A DNA stretch of 64,000 nt, taken from positions 38,458-102,457 of the forward strand of contig JBBRWD010000011.1 in the NCBI GenBank assembly GCA_038249465.1. The letters are read 5' to 3'. Origin of the DNA: Limisphaerales bacterium (GTDB taxonomy: Bacteria; Verrucomicrobiota; Verrucomicrobiia; Limisphaerales; JBBRWD01). This document shows positions 44,416 through 54,391 of the stretch, in pieces; within the stretch, counting starts at the first letter, position 1, and each line of letters begins with the position of its first letter. The notes under the pieces were generated by a model that saw only the letters and a program-made list of their open reading frames with translations, was not told where the DNA came from and searched no databases. Position numbers and translations under genes: made by a program.

Positions 44416-47400
44416 ATGAACGAAGCCAGCCCCAACGGAACCATGTCCGACCCCAAGAAATGTCCGCAGTGCGGTGCCACCCTGCCCACCGGCGCGCTGG
44501 ACGGCCTCTGCCCGGCGTGCCTGCTCCAGCAGGGCGCGATCAAGGATTCCGCGACGCAGCCGGCCATGCCTCCATTTGAACCGCCGCTGCTGACCGAACT
44601 CGCGCGCCTGTTCCCGCAACTGGAAGTGCTGGAACTCATCGGCAAAGGCGGCATGGGCGCCGTTTACAAGGCGCGCCAGCCATCGCTCGACCGCTTCGTG
44701 GCGCTCAAGATTCTTCCGCCGGAAACCGTCGCCGGTCAGGGCTTCGGCGAGCGCTTCAATCGCGAAGCCCGCGCGTTGGCCCGGCTCGGACATCCGAACA
44801 TCGTGGCGGTTTACGACTTCGGACAGGCCGGCGGCTTGCACTACTTCCTCATGGAATTCGTGGATGGCGTGAACCTGCGGCAACTCCAGCGCGCCGGTCG
44901 CCTGTCGCCGCGCGAGGCGCTGCAAATCATTCCGCAAATCTGCGATGCGCTCCAATACGCGCACGACGAAGGTGTGGTCCACCGCGATATCAAACCCGAG
45001 AACGTGCTCGTGGACCGCAAAGGCCGCGTGAAGATCGCCGACTTCGGCCTCGCGAAAATCCTCGGACGCGACCCGGCCGACCTGCGCCTGACCGGCGAAG
45101 GGCAGGTGATGGGCACACCGCACTACATGGCCCCGGAACAGATCGAGCATCCGCTCGAAGTCGATCATCGCGCCGACATCTATTCGCTGGGCGTGGTCTT
45201 CTACGAAATGCTCACCGGCGAACTGCCGCTCGGCCGGTTCGCGCCGCCCTCGCGCAAAGTGCGGGTGGACGTGCGCCTCGACGAAGTGGTCTTGCACGCG
45301 CTGGAGAAGGAACCGGAGCTACGCTACCAGCACGCCAGCGAGGTGAAGACGGACGTGCAATCCATCGCGATGCCAAGACTGGGTCCAGCACGTAGCACGT
45401 TAACCAAGCGTCCTTCTGTGATTGCTGGCGTTTTGGGACTCTTGGTTGGATTGTTGGCGCTGGTCGGCTCGATGGGATTCACTCTCATGCAACCCGACGA
45501 GTACGTCAGCACCGCACGCGTTACAGTAGAGAGGCCGGCATCGGAAAGAACCGGAACCCCGCCTGAACAGGATAGACATTGGCTCGATCGCGAACTTGAT
45601 TTTGCACGGTCGGATCTTGTGTTCAATGCCGTCGTGACTCGTCTGAATCTGAAGCAGACGTGGAGCGGACTCTACGAAACGCACCGCCGGCTTAGTCCCG
45701 CAGAAATTTCCGCGGAATTGATGCGACGAACCGAAGTTCGCCGGGCTCCGCACACTGATGTCGTCGAGATCAGCGTCTTCAGCCGAAACGCCCGTGAAGC
45801 AGCCGACATCGCCAATGCTATTGCCGAAACCTATCGTTCCTTGAACAAGACAAGGAAGATGGAGATCATTGATGCCGCAGAACCCGGACTCCGCCCTGTT
45901 CGTCCAAACCGGACGTTGAATCTGGCCGTCGCGATTCTTCTCGGTCTCCTCACCGGTGGCATCACGACTGGTGGAATCCTCTTGCTGGCGAACCGACGGT
46001 CAAGAACCGGGAACGCAGAAGAAATCATCCCGGAAACCGGCGTGCCCCTGTTCGCCCACTCGTTTGGACCCACCTTTCGATCGCCGATGGCGCTGAAGCT
46101 GGCGCGCATCGGATGGGTTGTTGGATGCCTGGCAGCGCTCGGGTTTCTGCCGGTGCCAATCCCGGGATGGAAAGGCATCTTCGGCTTGAGCGGCTTCTTC
46201 GGACTCATCGGGGTTGCGGTGTTGATTGAACAATTTCACCGCCGCCGGATTGATCACAGCCGGCGTCAATCGTGGTGGCCACAGGTGTTGGGTGCGGCCG
46301 TCTTGTTGATGATTGGGATGATGGTCATCGTATTGGTAGTGTCGCGCCACAACTCGCCAGACAGCCAAACCTCACTGTCGCCCGCTGCCGAGCTAGGCCC
46401 AGTCATGGAGCGAACAATCCACGCCATCGACGCCGGCTTTGGCAGCGAGGCTTTGCATCTGCGAACGGGCGTCGTCTCCTCATCGCCCGCTGACGCAGCT
46501 CAAAGCCCGTTGGAGAATCGCCGCCGGGTGACGGCTTGGTTCAAGACAAACGAAATGAACCTTCTGGTAAACGACTTCCAGAATCGCCCAATGCTCCTGG
46601 CCTTGAAGATGCAGCTTTCAGACTTTCCGCAAACCGATTGGGAAACTGCAACCGTTCGGGATGTTGCAGCGGCGTTGTTGGAGCCGACGAGCTTGCTGCA
46701 CCCGCAAAATGTCGAACTCGCGACGAGCTCCTACCTGCTTCCGCAAATTTCAGTTTCGCCGTTGATGCAGGCATTCAGAACCGATGCAGGCGACATTGGC
46801 GTCCTGCAAATCACAGGCATCAGCGACAAGCCGCGCGTGGTGAAGATTCGATACAAGCTGGCGCAGCCCTTATCCTCTGTCACAAACCGTGGCGTCCGAC
46901 AATCGACGGATTCTGCTCCTGCGCTGAACGCTCCCCGAGAAACCATTCCAGCGCTGACAAGCCTCTCTGGCGTCAAGTTCTCGTCCACCGGCGAGCAGGT
47001 TATTATGAATTTCCCCGACGGCAGTACGCTCGCGGCGAAGAACATCCAGTTTGGCCCGAGCAACCGCTTCACTGCCGAGGGGTCGGCGGTTCTGATCACG
47101 AGAACCAAGGTTGCCCCATTCTCGTCAACGTCCAATCTGACTGTCACCAAGGACGGAACAGGCACCTACTCTAACATCCAGGCCGCCATTGATGCTGCTC
47201 CGCCTCGCACGACAATCAGGATTGGTACGGGACACTACGAGGAATCACTTGTCATCACGAAGCCGGTCGAGCTCATTGGGGCAGGTTGGCACGACACAAT
47301 CATCGGCCCCACCAAGCCTGCCGTGGCGCCGACTTCAGAGGTGATGCGGGAGATGGAAGCCCAACTTCGCGCAGCGAGATCTGAGGCAGACCGAAAGCAG

Positions 47401-48459
47401 CTTCAGAATCAGTTCGCTGAGGGTCTCTATCGCCCGGTCGTCCGCATTCACCAAACGAAGGAGGTCCAGATCCAAGGAGTCAAAATCGCTCAGCCCGGTG
47501 CTCCACCCGATGGCAGCCTGTTCTCAGCAGCAGCCGTGGAAGTAACCGGTGCCCAAGTCGTCGTCCGCGACTGTGCCGTGCTGGGCGCGCTGGGCAACGG
47601 AATCGTCGTTGCCCAAGGATCGCGGGCACAACTCGTCAACACTCTTGTGGCTGCGGCTTGGAATACTGGCATCGTTGTCAGGGATGACGCACGTATGGGC
47701 GTCTTTAACTGTGACATTCGAAACTGCTTCTATGCCGGCATTACGATTGGTCGTGGCGTGAATCATGTGCGGATTCAGGCATGCCGCATTTCCGGCTCCG
47801 CGTGGCATGGAATTCGTTACGACGACGCGTCTCCCATCATCACGAACAACCTCATCTTCGGGAACGCGCGCGGCGGCATCTACGCCTCGGGAGCCACAAG
47901 CGCACGCGTTGAGCAAAATGTCTTCTTTGTGAATGAAATGAATGGAATGTCGTGCTGGTTCAGCAATCGAGATCTCATCGCCGGCAACACCTTTGCCGAC
48001 AACTTCCGTGAAGGTTTGGCGGTGTTGGGAGCTTCCGCTCCGATTGTTCAAAACAACATCTTCAGTGGGCAGCCGATCGCAATCCTCCAAAATAGGATCG
48101 GCGGGCAAGATGCCGCCGGCCAGACGCTCGGCGCTCCCGTCATGTTAGGAAACTTGTTTTGGAGCAACTCGACCAATTGGGCGCGTCCCGCTGATCTCCG
48201 AGGGACGAATGAACTGACTGTTGAATCGGTAGAACTGAGTGCCGAAAGCCGCAGCGTGCTGACGGATCCAGAGTTCCAGCAACCAGGAAACCGTGATTTC
48301 TCCTCCCGCTTGAGATCGCTGGCCAGACGTGAAGGCATCGGAGCGATCCAACCGTTGAGTTACGCGAGTCCTTGGAGCCTTCAACCGGAGGAGAAGGCCA
48401 TCATCCCAGATGGCGAAACACGAGACTCTCGACAATGGAAACGTCCTCGCTCCGAATGA
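44416..48459 (+). CDS. multidomain Hanks-type Ser/Thr protein kinase: zinc ribbon, kinase, TM, Wzz/PCP-like domain, TM bundle, extracytoplasmic right-handed beta-helix domain
   Basis: ATG at 44416 is preceded by GGAGG. Motifs seen are 'CPQCG..CPACLL'; 'IGKGGMGAVYKA..VALKIL', 'HRDIKPENVLV', 'DFGLAK' and 'YMAPEQ'; the TM 'VIAGVLGLLVGLLALVGSMGF'; 'YVSTARVTVE..DLVFNAVVTRLNL..VVEISVFSRNAREAADIANAIAETY' plus the TM 'LAVAILLGLLTGGITTGGILLL' (PCP-like); and 'LTVTKDGTGTYSNIQAAIDAAPPRTTIRIGTGHYEE' with repeated 'G(I/V)x(V/I)' beta-helix turns. Confidence 0.9.
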   Translation: MNEASPNGTMSDPKKCPQCGATLPTGALDGLCPACLLQQGAIKDSATQPAMPPFEPPLLTELARLFPQLEVLELIGKGGMGAVYKARQPSLDRFVALKILPPETVAGQGFGERFNREARALARLGHPNIVAVYDFGQAGGLHYFLMEFVDGVNLRQLQRAGRLSPREALQIIPQICDALQYAHDEGVVHRDIKPENVLVDRKGRVKIADFGLAKILGRDPADLRLTGEGQVMGTPHYMAPEQIEHPLEVDHRADIYSLGVVFYEMLTGELPLGRFAPPSRKVRVDVRLDEVVLHALEKEPELRYQHASEVKTDVQSIAMPRLGPARSTLTKRPSVIAGVLGLLVGLLALVGSMGFTLMQPDEYVSTARVTVERPASERTGTPPEQDRHWLDRELDFARSDLVFNAVVTRLNLKQTWSGLYETHRRLSPAEISAELMRRTEVRRAPHTDVVEISVFSRNAREAADIANAIAETYRSLNKTRKMEIIDAAEPGLRPVRPNRTLNLAVAILLGLLTGGITTGGILLLANRRSRTGNAEEIIPETGVPLFAHSFGPTFRSPMALKLARIGWVVGCLAALGFLPVPIPGWKGIFGLSGFFGLIGVAVLIEQFHRRRIDHSRRQSWWPQVLGAAVLLMIGMMVIVLVVSRHNSPDSQTSLSPAAELGPVMERTIHAIDAGFGSEALHLRTGVVSSSPADAAQSPLENRRRVTAWFKTNEMNLLVNDFQNRPMLLALKMQLSDFPQTDWETATVRDVAAALLEPTSLLHPQNVELATSSYLLPQISVSPLMQAFRTDAGDIGVLQITGISDKPRVVKIRYKLAQPLSSVTNRGVRQSTDSAPALNAPRETIPALTSLSGVKFSSTGEQVIMNFPDGSTLAAKNIQFGPSNRFTAEGSAVLITRTKVAPFSSTSNLTVTKDGTGTYSNIQAAIDAAPPRTTIRIGTGHYEESLVITKPVELIGAGWHDTIIGPTKPAVAPTSEVMREMEAQLRAARSEADRKQLQNQFAEGLYRPVVRIHQTKEVQIQGVKIAQPGAPPDGSLFSAAAVEVTGAQVVVRDCAVLGALGNGIVVAQGSRAQLVNTLVAAAWNTGIVVRDDARMGVFNCDIRNCFYAGITIGRGVNHVRIQACRISGSAWHGIRYDDASPIITNNLIFGNARGGIYASGATSARVEQNVFFVNEMNGMSCWFSNRDLIAGNTFADNFREGLAVLGASAPIVQNNIFSGQPIAILQNRIGGQDAAGQTLGAPVMLGNLFWSNSTNWARPADLRGTNELTVESVELSAESRSVLTDPEFQQPGNRDFSSRLRSLARREGIGAIQPLSYASPWSLQPEEKAIIPDGETRDSRQWKRPRSE

Positions 48460-48475
48460 GCTGAGTCGGTCCTGC

Positions 48476-49228
48476 ATGAGCGATTCCAGATCCTCCCCAC
48501 CCAGCACCAGCGCGCCCGGCGAGATCTTCGCCACCACGCGCTGGACGGTCGTGCTTTCGGCGGGGCGCAAGTCCACGCCGCAGGCCGAGATGGCGCTGGA
48601 GGAATTGTGCCGGACGTATTGGTATCCGCTCTACGCGTTTGTCCGCCGCCAGGGTCACTCGAAGGAGGACGCCGAGGATCTCACGCAATCGTTCTTCGCC
48701 CGCTTCCTGGAGAAGAATTACCTCGAAGGTCTGAGCAACGAGAAGGGCCGGTTCCGCGCCTTCCTGCTCGCGGCGCTGAAACATTTCCTCGCCAACGAAT
48801 GGGATCGCGCCCACCGCCATAAGCGCGGCGGCGGCGCGACGTTGCTCTCGCTCGACTGGCAGGATGCGGACACGCGTTATCAAATCGATCCCGCCGACAC
48901 GCTCAGCCCGGATAAACTCTATGATCGCGCGTGGGCGGTGACGTTGCTGGAGCGCGTCATCACCCGCCTGCGCGCGGAGAACGCGGCGGAGGGCAGGGCA
49001 AAGTCGTTCGATGTCCTGAAGCCGTTCCTTATGGTCGGCAAGAGCGCCATTCCCTACGACCAGGCCGCCGCGGACCTCGCCCTTACCGAAGGCGCCGTGC
49101 GCGTGACGGTGCATCGCCTGCGCCGTCGTTATCGCGAGTTGTTGCGCGAGGAGATCGCGCAGACGCTGGCGCATCCCCGGCAGGTCGAGGAAGAGATGCA
49201 GGCGCTGTTCCGGGCGTTCGCTGATTGA
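48476..49228 (+). CDS. ECF-type sigma-70 family RNA polymerase sigma factor
   Basis: 'TRWTVVL..ALEELCRTYWYPLYAFVRRQGHSKEDAEDLTQSFFARFLE' is the sigma2 region. 'ADLALTEGAVRVTVHRLRRRYRELLREEI' is the sigma4 HTH. ATG at 48476 was verified. The track start at 48410 would overlap the kinase gene by 50 nt. I see no anti-sigma gene adjacent. Confidence 0.85.
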   Translation: MSDSRSSPPSTSAPGEIFATTRWTVVLSAGRKSTPQAEMALEELCRTYWYPLYAFVRRQGHSKEDAEDLTQSFFARFLEKNYLEGLSNEKGRFRAFLLAALKHFLANEWDRAHRHKRGGGATLLSLDWQDADTRYQIDPADTLSPDKLYDRAWAVTLLERVITRLRAENAAEGRAKSFDVLKPFLMVGKSAIPYDQAAADLALTEGAVRVTVHRLRRRYRELLREEIAQTLAHPRQVEEEMQALFRAFAD

Positions 49229-49541
49229 TGAGGGATTCGGGGAGGCTCATCCTCTACCGCCATCCTCGCGAATTCCCGCGCCGCCGCGCCGCGGCCGAAG
49301 TCTTCGACTGGCACGGCGAGGCCGTCCTTTTCCGTAATACACTGCAAAACAGCCAAACAAGAGGAATGCCCCCGGTCTGGAAGACCAAAAAAAAATCTTT
49401 TCTCACCTACCCCACATGTCGGAGAGAGAATAAAGTGCCGGTCTGGGGTTCCCGCACGGGTGTTCGGGTGGGGAAATTGTTCCTGTCCGAGAGTTTCGCG
49501 CGAGCCGTCCTTTCGAGCGCCTTTGATCGCCGCGGATGCGT

Positions 49542-49715
49542 TGCCGCTGGGGGCGCATCCGCGCACTGCCCCGGCGCGCGGCCTTGAGGCCGCTTCAGCG
49601 TTCGATGGGTGTTGGCGAAACATTGCCGGACGGTCTCTCGAGATGAAGCGACCTAAACGTCGCGCTCCAACCCGGGTGCCTTCGGGGGCAGTGTCGAGAT
49701 GCGCCCTGCCGCTGG
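49542..49715. mobile_element. MITE-like element, copy B (156-bp core at 49551-49706, flanked by a 9-bp direct repeat TGCCGCTGG), inverted relative to copy A
   Basis: The reverse complement of the core aligns with copy A along its whole length with few mismatches, by eye. 'TGCCGCTGG' occurs at 49542-49550 and at 49707-49715, directly abutting both termini. Confidence 0.75.
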
Positions 49716-49787
49716 CATGCGATAATTACGGACTTGTCATTGTGGCGGCAGCCCGGTATCCAAGCGCCCCGTTCCCGAACGTTGAGC

Positions 49788-52700
49788 ATGAATAGCCTGA
49801 TTTCGCCCGCCCAGTGCGCCCTTCGCAGGGTTCTCCTCTGCCTTGTGTTTCTTGTTTCGGGAGGCCTCTGCCCCGCACAGAAACTCGTCTGGCAGCAACG
49901 CGACGGCCATCGCGTTGCCGAACTCAACGTGCCACCGGGAGGACGCACCGGATTCACGCTCCTGACGCCGGCACAGACGGGCATCACCTTCACCAATGCG
50001 ATGTCACTCACCGTGGCGCAGACGAACCAGAATCTGATCGATGGCGCGGGCGTGGCGTCGGGGGATTTTGATGGCGACGGCTGGTGCGATTTGTATTTCG
50101 CCAACATCGAAGGCGCGAACGCGCTCTATCGCAATGCCGGCGGATTCCGCTTCAACGACGTGACGGGGCCAGCGGGCGTGACCGCGACGAACCAGTCCAC
50201 CAAGGGCGTGGCCTTTGCCGACATCAATGGCGATGGGTGGATGGATCTGCTGACGGTGGCCTTGCTGGGGCCGAACGATACGTTTCTCAATGTCGGGAAC
50301 GGCACGTTCTCGAACATCACCGACACCTGTGGCCTGACCTCGAAGCCAGCCGGGGCGCATTCCCTGGCGCTGGCAGATATCGATGGCAACGGCACGCTGG
50401 ATGTGTACGTGGCCAATTACGGCGACAACTCGATTTTGCGCAGCGGCGGCCGGTTCTCCGTGCGCACGGTGGACGGAAAGCCGCAAGTCGCCGGGCGCCA
50501 CGCCAACCGGCTGAAAATCATCAATGGCGCGCTGGTGGAATACGGCGAGCCGGATTTGCTCTTCCTCAATGACGGCCGCGGACACTTCACCGCCGCGTCG
50601 TGGACTGACGGGCGCTTTCTCGGCGCCGACGGGCAACCCTTGAAACGCCTGCTGTGGGACATGGGTCTCTCGGTCATGTTCCGCGACATCAGTGGCGACA
50701 ACGCGCCCGACATTTATGTCTGCAATGATTTTCAGGGGATGGATCGCGTCTGGATCAACGACGGGGCGGGACGCTTCCGTCTGCTGAGCGATCCGGCATT
50801 GCGCAACAACTCCCACTTTTCCATGTCGGTGGATTTCGGTGACCTCGACCGAGATGGCTTTGACGACTTCATGTGCAGCGACATGCTCAGCCCCTATCAC
50901 AGCAATCGCCTCACGCAGATGACGGCGACCAACCCGCCGCTCGCGCATGTGGGCGAAACGTGGGATCGCCCGCAGGTGCGCCGCAACACCCTGCAATGGA
51001 ATCGTGGCGACCTGACCTGGGCGGAGATTGCGCAGTTTGCCGGTGTGGACGCCTCCGACTGGACCTGGGTGGTCGCCTTCCTCGATGTCGATCTCGACGG
51101 CTATGAAGACGTTTTGATCAACACCGGGCACCTCTTCGACACGCAGGACTCGGACATCTCGGAGTCCAATCCGGTCAACATGCCGGGGCGCAATGCGACG
51201 CAGAGCGGGCGGTTGCTGAAGGATTATCCCCGCCTGCTGGTGCCCAACGTCGCCTACCACAATCAGCGCAACCACACTTTCAAGGAGGTCGGCGCCGAAT
51301 GGGGGTTCAACTCGAAGCAGGTCTCCCACGGCCTCAGCTTCGCCGACCTTGACAATGATGGAGATCTCGATGTGGCCGTGAACTGCCTCTGGGATCATCC
51401 GCTCATCTACCGCAATGAATCCAGCGCGCCACGCGTCGCGGTGCGCTGCAAGGGACTCGCTCCGAACACGCAGGGCATCGGCGCAAAAATCAAAGTGCTG
51501 GGCGGTGCCGTGCCATTGCAGAGCCAGGAAATCATCGCGGGCGGACGATACCTCTCGGGTGATGATCCCATGCGCGTCTTTGCGGCGGGAAATCTCTCCA
51601 ATCGCCTGACCATCGAGGTGACCTGGCGCAGCGGCAAGAAGAGCGTCATCCAGGACGCGCGGCCGAATTGCTTCTACGAAATTGCTGAAGCAGCCGCCGG
51701 TGCCGCGCCGCCGGTGGAAACCAGGCCCGCCCCGGCGCCGGTCTTCGCCGAGGTGAGCGCGCGCATCGGCTATCAACACATGGACCCCTTCTTCATGGAC
51801 TACGATCGGCAACCGCTGCTCGCCCGCCGCTACAGCACGCTCGGGCCGGGGGTGGCTTGGGTGGATGTCGATGGTGACGGCATCGAAGACCTCGTCATCG
51901 GCGCGGGCAAAGACGGTGTCATGGGCGTTTACCGGTCCGATGGCAAAGGCAACTTCACGTCAGCGTTGCCCGCCGCCTGGAACCATCCGGCGCCGGACGA
52001 TTGGTGCGGCCTCGCTTCGTGGGTGCCGGCTCCAGGGCAGCGCGCCTTGCTCGGCGCCGTGGCGAATTACGAGAACCCCGATCCGGCGGCAGCGGCTTCT
52101 CTGATGGCGTTCAACCTCACTCCCGGTGCGCAAACCGAAGCAAAAGTGGTCGCGACCTTCCCTCATTCCATCGGCCCCATCGCCGTGGCGGATGTGGACG
52201 GCGATGGCGACCTCGATGTGTTCGTAGGCGGGCGTGTCATCGGCGGGCGCTATCCCGAGCCGGCGAAATCGGCGTTGCTGCTCAACAACGGCGGACCGTT
52301 GCTGCCTGCCCCCGGCGCGGAGGCATTGTTTGACAAGCTGGGGCTGGTCAGCGGTGCGGTGTTCACCGATCTCACGGGGGATGGGCGGCCCGAATTGGTG
52401 GTGGCCACGGAATGGGGACCGCTGCGCGTATTCGCGAATCAAGCGGGGGGATGGACGGAAGAAACCACCGCGCTCGGCCTCGACAAATTCCCTGGCTGGT
52501 GGACGAGCGTGACGGCGGGCGATTTCGATGGCGATGGCCGCCTGGACCTCATCGCCGGCAACTGGGGGTTGAACGGCGGCCAGCGCGTGGCGGCATCGCG
52601 CCCGTTCTCGATCTTCCATGGTGATTTCGACGGGAACGGCACGGTGGAATTGCTCGAAGCCTGGACCCAGCCGGAGTCGGGGCGGATGTTGCCATGGCGC

Positions 52701-53471
52701 GATTTGCGCCTCATGCAAAGCGGCTGGCCGCTCATTCGCACCCGCTTCGCGAAACACGCGGATTGGGCGCAGGCCGACGCGCAGACGGCGTTGGGCGACT
52801 CCTTCGCCAAGGCGGGCCGCCTCTCCGCCGACACGCTGGCCTCGATGGTCTTCCTGAATCGCGGCGGAAAACTCGAGCCGCGCTCACTGCCGGAGGAAGC
52901 CCAGTTCGCGCCGGTCTTCGGCATCAACGTCGCGGACTTCGATGGCGACGGTCGCGAAGATGTGTTCCTCGCGCAGAACTTTTTCGACGTGCGGCCCGAG
53001 GACTCGCGGCTCGACGCCGGGCGCGGCTTGTGGCTGCGCGGCCTGGGGGATGGCCGCTTGGTGCCGGTGCGCGGACAGGACTCGGGGGTGAAGGTGTACG
53101 GGCAGCAGCGCGGTTCGGCGGTGGCGGATTTTGATGGCGACGGCCGCGTGGATCTCGTGGTGGCGCAAAACGGCGGCGAGACGAAGCTGTTTCGCAACGC
53201 GACCGGCCGGCCGGGCTTGCGCGTCCGTCTTGCTGGACCGCCAGGAAACCCCGCTGGCATCGGCGCGGTGGTGCATCTGGTGTCGGGTGCGCTCCCGGGC
53301 CCAGCGCGCGAAATCCACGCCGGGTCCGGCTACTGGTCCCAGGATAGCACGGTGCCGGTGTTGTCCTCGGCGGGAACGCCCGCTGCGGTGCGGGTGCGCT
53401 GGCCGGATGGCCGGGAGCAGACGATGCCCGTGCCGGCTGGGGCGAAGGAAGTCACGGTGAAATGGCAGTGA
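49788..53471 (+). CDS. FG-GAP/VCBS-repeat protein with two ASPIC/UnbV domains (CRTAC1-like)
   Basis: ATG at 49788 ('MNSLISPAQCALRRVLLCLVFLVSGGLCPAQ' is a signal peptide). 'GDFDGDG', 'DIDGNG' and 'DVDGDG' repeats are numerous. The UnbV/ASPIC signatures are 'GIGAKIKVLGGAVPLQSQEIIAGGRYLSGDD' and 'GIGAVVHLVSG...REIHAGSGYWSQDS'. Confidence 0.85.
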   Translation: MNSLISPAQCALRRVLLCLVFLVSGGLCPAQKLVWQQRDGHRVAELNVPPGGRTGFTLLTPAQTGITFTNAMSLTVAQTNQNLIDGAGVASGDFDGDGWCDLYFANIEGANALYRNAGGFRFNDVTGPAGVTATNQSTKGVAFADINGDGWMDLLTVALLGPNDTFLNVGNGTFSNITDTCGLTSKPAGAHSLALADIDGNGTLDVYVANYGDNSILRSGGRFSVRTVDGKPQVAGRHANRLKIINGALVEYGEPDLLFLNDGRGHFTAASWTDGRFLGADGQPLKRLLWDMGLSVMFRDISGDNAPDIYVCNDFQGMDRVWINDGAGRFRLLSDPALRNNSHFSMSVDFGDLDRDGFDDFMCSDMLSPYHSNRLTQMTATNPPLAHVGETWDRPQVRRNTLQWNRGDLTWAEIAQFAGVDASDWTWVVAFLDVDLDGYEDVLINTGHLFDTQDSDISESNPVNMPGRNATQSGRLLKDYPRLLVPNVAYHNQRNHTFKEVGAEWGFNSKQVSHGLSFADLDNDGDLDVAVNCLWDHPLIYRNESSAPRVAVRCKGLAPNTQGIGAKIKVLGGAVPLQSQEIIAGGRYLSGDDPMRVFAAGNLSNRLTIEVTWRSGKKSVIQDARPNCFYEIAEAAAGAAPPVETRPAPAPVFAEVSARIGYQHMDPFFMDYDRQPLLARRYSTLGPGVAWVDVDGDGIEDLVIGAGKDGVMGVYRSDGKGNFTSALPAAWNHPAPDDWCGLASWVPAPGQRALLGAVANYENPDPAAAASLMAFNLTPGAQTEAKVVATFPHSIGPIAVADVDGDGDLDVFVGGRVIGGRYPEPAKSALLLNNGGPLLPAPGAEALFDKLGLVSGAVFTDLTGDGRPELVVATEWGPLRVFANQAGGWTEETTALGLDKFPGWWTSVTAGDFDGDGRLDLIAGNWGLNGGQRVAASRPFSIFHGDFDGNGTVELLEAWTQPESGRMLPWRDLRLMQSGWPLIRTRFAKHADWAQADAQTALGDSFAKAGRLSADTLASMVFLNRGGKLEPRSLPEEAQFAPVFGINVADFDGDGREDVFLAQNFFDVRPEDSRLDAGRGLWLRGLGDGRLVPVRGQDSGVKVYGQQRGSAVADFDGDGRVDLVVAQNGGETKLFRNATGRPGLRVRLAGPPGNPAGIGAVVHLVSGALPGPAREIHAGSGYWSQDSTVPVLSSAGTPAAVRVRWPDGREQTMPVPAGAKEVTVKWQ

Positions 53472-53537
53472 CTGCGGGAGTATTCACGCGGCCGACGCAA
53501 AACGCGGAACGCCGAACTCACAAACCCCGTCCTCTGC

Positions 53538-54317
53538 TCAGCGGCCCGCACCCTTGCTCTTCTCGGAATCCAGCTTGCGGAGCTGGTCCCGCACATGGGC
53601 GGCTTTTTCGTAGTCCTCGAGTTTGACCGCTTCGTTGAGCGCGTTCTCCAACTGCTCCCGCTTGCTCAGCGGGCGCTGCTCCAGAATGTCTTCGAGCCAG
53701 TCTTCGAGCGCCATGATTTCCGCGCTTTGTTCGAGGAGATCCTCGCGTTCGACCGCTTCGTAGAATTCACGGATGCTTTTGACCCCGTCCTTCACCCGCT
53801 CGACGGCGCCGGCAAAATCCTTGCGTTTGATCCGCTGCAAGGCCAGTGAACGGGTGCGCAGCAGCAGCACCTGCGGGCGGAACTGGTTCAGGCTCCACGC
53901 CATGTCGTCCGTCTCGGCGTATTCATCCACAAAATCGAGCACCTTGAGATTGCGGTTGGTGTCGCGCACCGCCGCGCCAAAATCCTCCAGTTGCAGCAGG
54001 CAGATGCAGCGGTGGTGGAATTGCAGCGCCTCCATCTGGAGCCGGGAGCAGTCCTCGGCTTTGAGCACGAAATCATCATCCTCGCCGTCATTGGCCTCAA
54101 GATGCCGGTCAAGCCGGGCGGTGAAATGTTCGAGCAGGGACGCATGGCCGTGGGGCCGCTTGCCGTCGGGCCGCCCGCGCGCATTCATCTGCAAGAGACC
54201 GAGATCGACCCGCAACTGGATCTTTTCCTCGCCATCCTTGCCGGTGAATCGCCGCACGATCACCTGGCCGGGCTGGTATTCCCAGCCGTCCAGGAGATGA
54301 GAAATGTCGAAACTCAT
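53538..54317 (-). CDS. UVR (UvrB/UvrC motif) domain-containing protein of unknown function
   Basis: ATG at 54317 was verified ('MSFDISHLLDGWEY'). The C-terminal segment 'LNEAVKLEDYEKAAHVRDQLRKL' is a UVR motif. Confidence 0.65.
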   Translation of the reverse strand: MSFDISHLLDGWEYQPGQVIVRRFTGKDGEEKIQLRVDLGLLQMNARGRPDGKRPHGHASLLEHFTARLDRHLEANDGEDDDFVLKAEDCSRLQMEALQFHHRCICLLQLEDFGAAVRDTNRNLKVLDFVDEYAETDDMAWSLNQFRPQVLLLRTRSLALQRIKRKDFAGAVERVKDGVKSIREFYEAVEREDLLEQSAEIMALEDWLEDILEQRPLSKREQLENALNEAVKLEDYEKAAHVRDQLRKLDSEKSKGAGR

Positions 54318-54391
54318 GGAGCGACTATGGACGCGGTCCCGGGTCTCGTCAACGGGGCTTCCCGGCGGTGCCGCAGCGGGGCGGGATTGCG

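Noticed and set aside
48410-48475. The upstream start (48410) for the ECF sigma factor, which would overlap the kinase gene by 50 nt.
   Set aside because: The N-terminal extension 'MAKHETLDNGNVLAPNELSRSC' adds nothing sigma-like. ATG 48476 lies just after the kinase stop and precedes the conserved 'TRWTVVL' region. The start remains uncertain.
50004-51812. A 602-aa minus-strand ORF, and 51960..52757 / 52439..53260, inside the FG-GAP/ASPIC gene.
   Set aside because: They are antisense shadows. The plus strand has repeated FG-GAP 'DxDGDG' and UnbV/ASPIC signatures.
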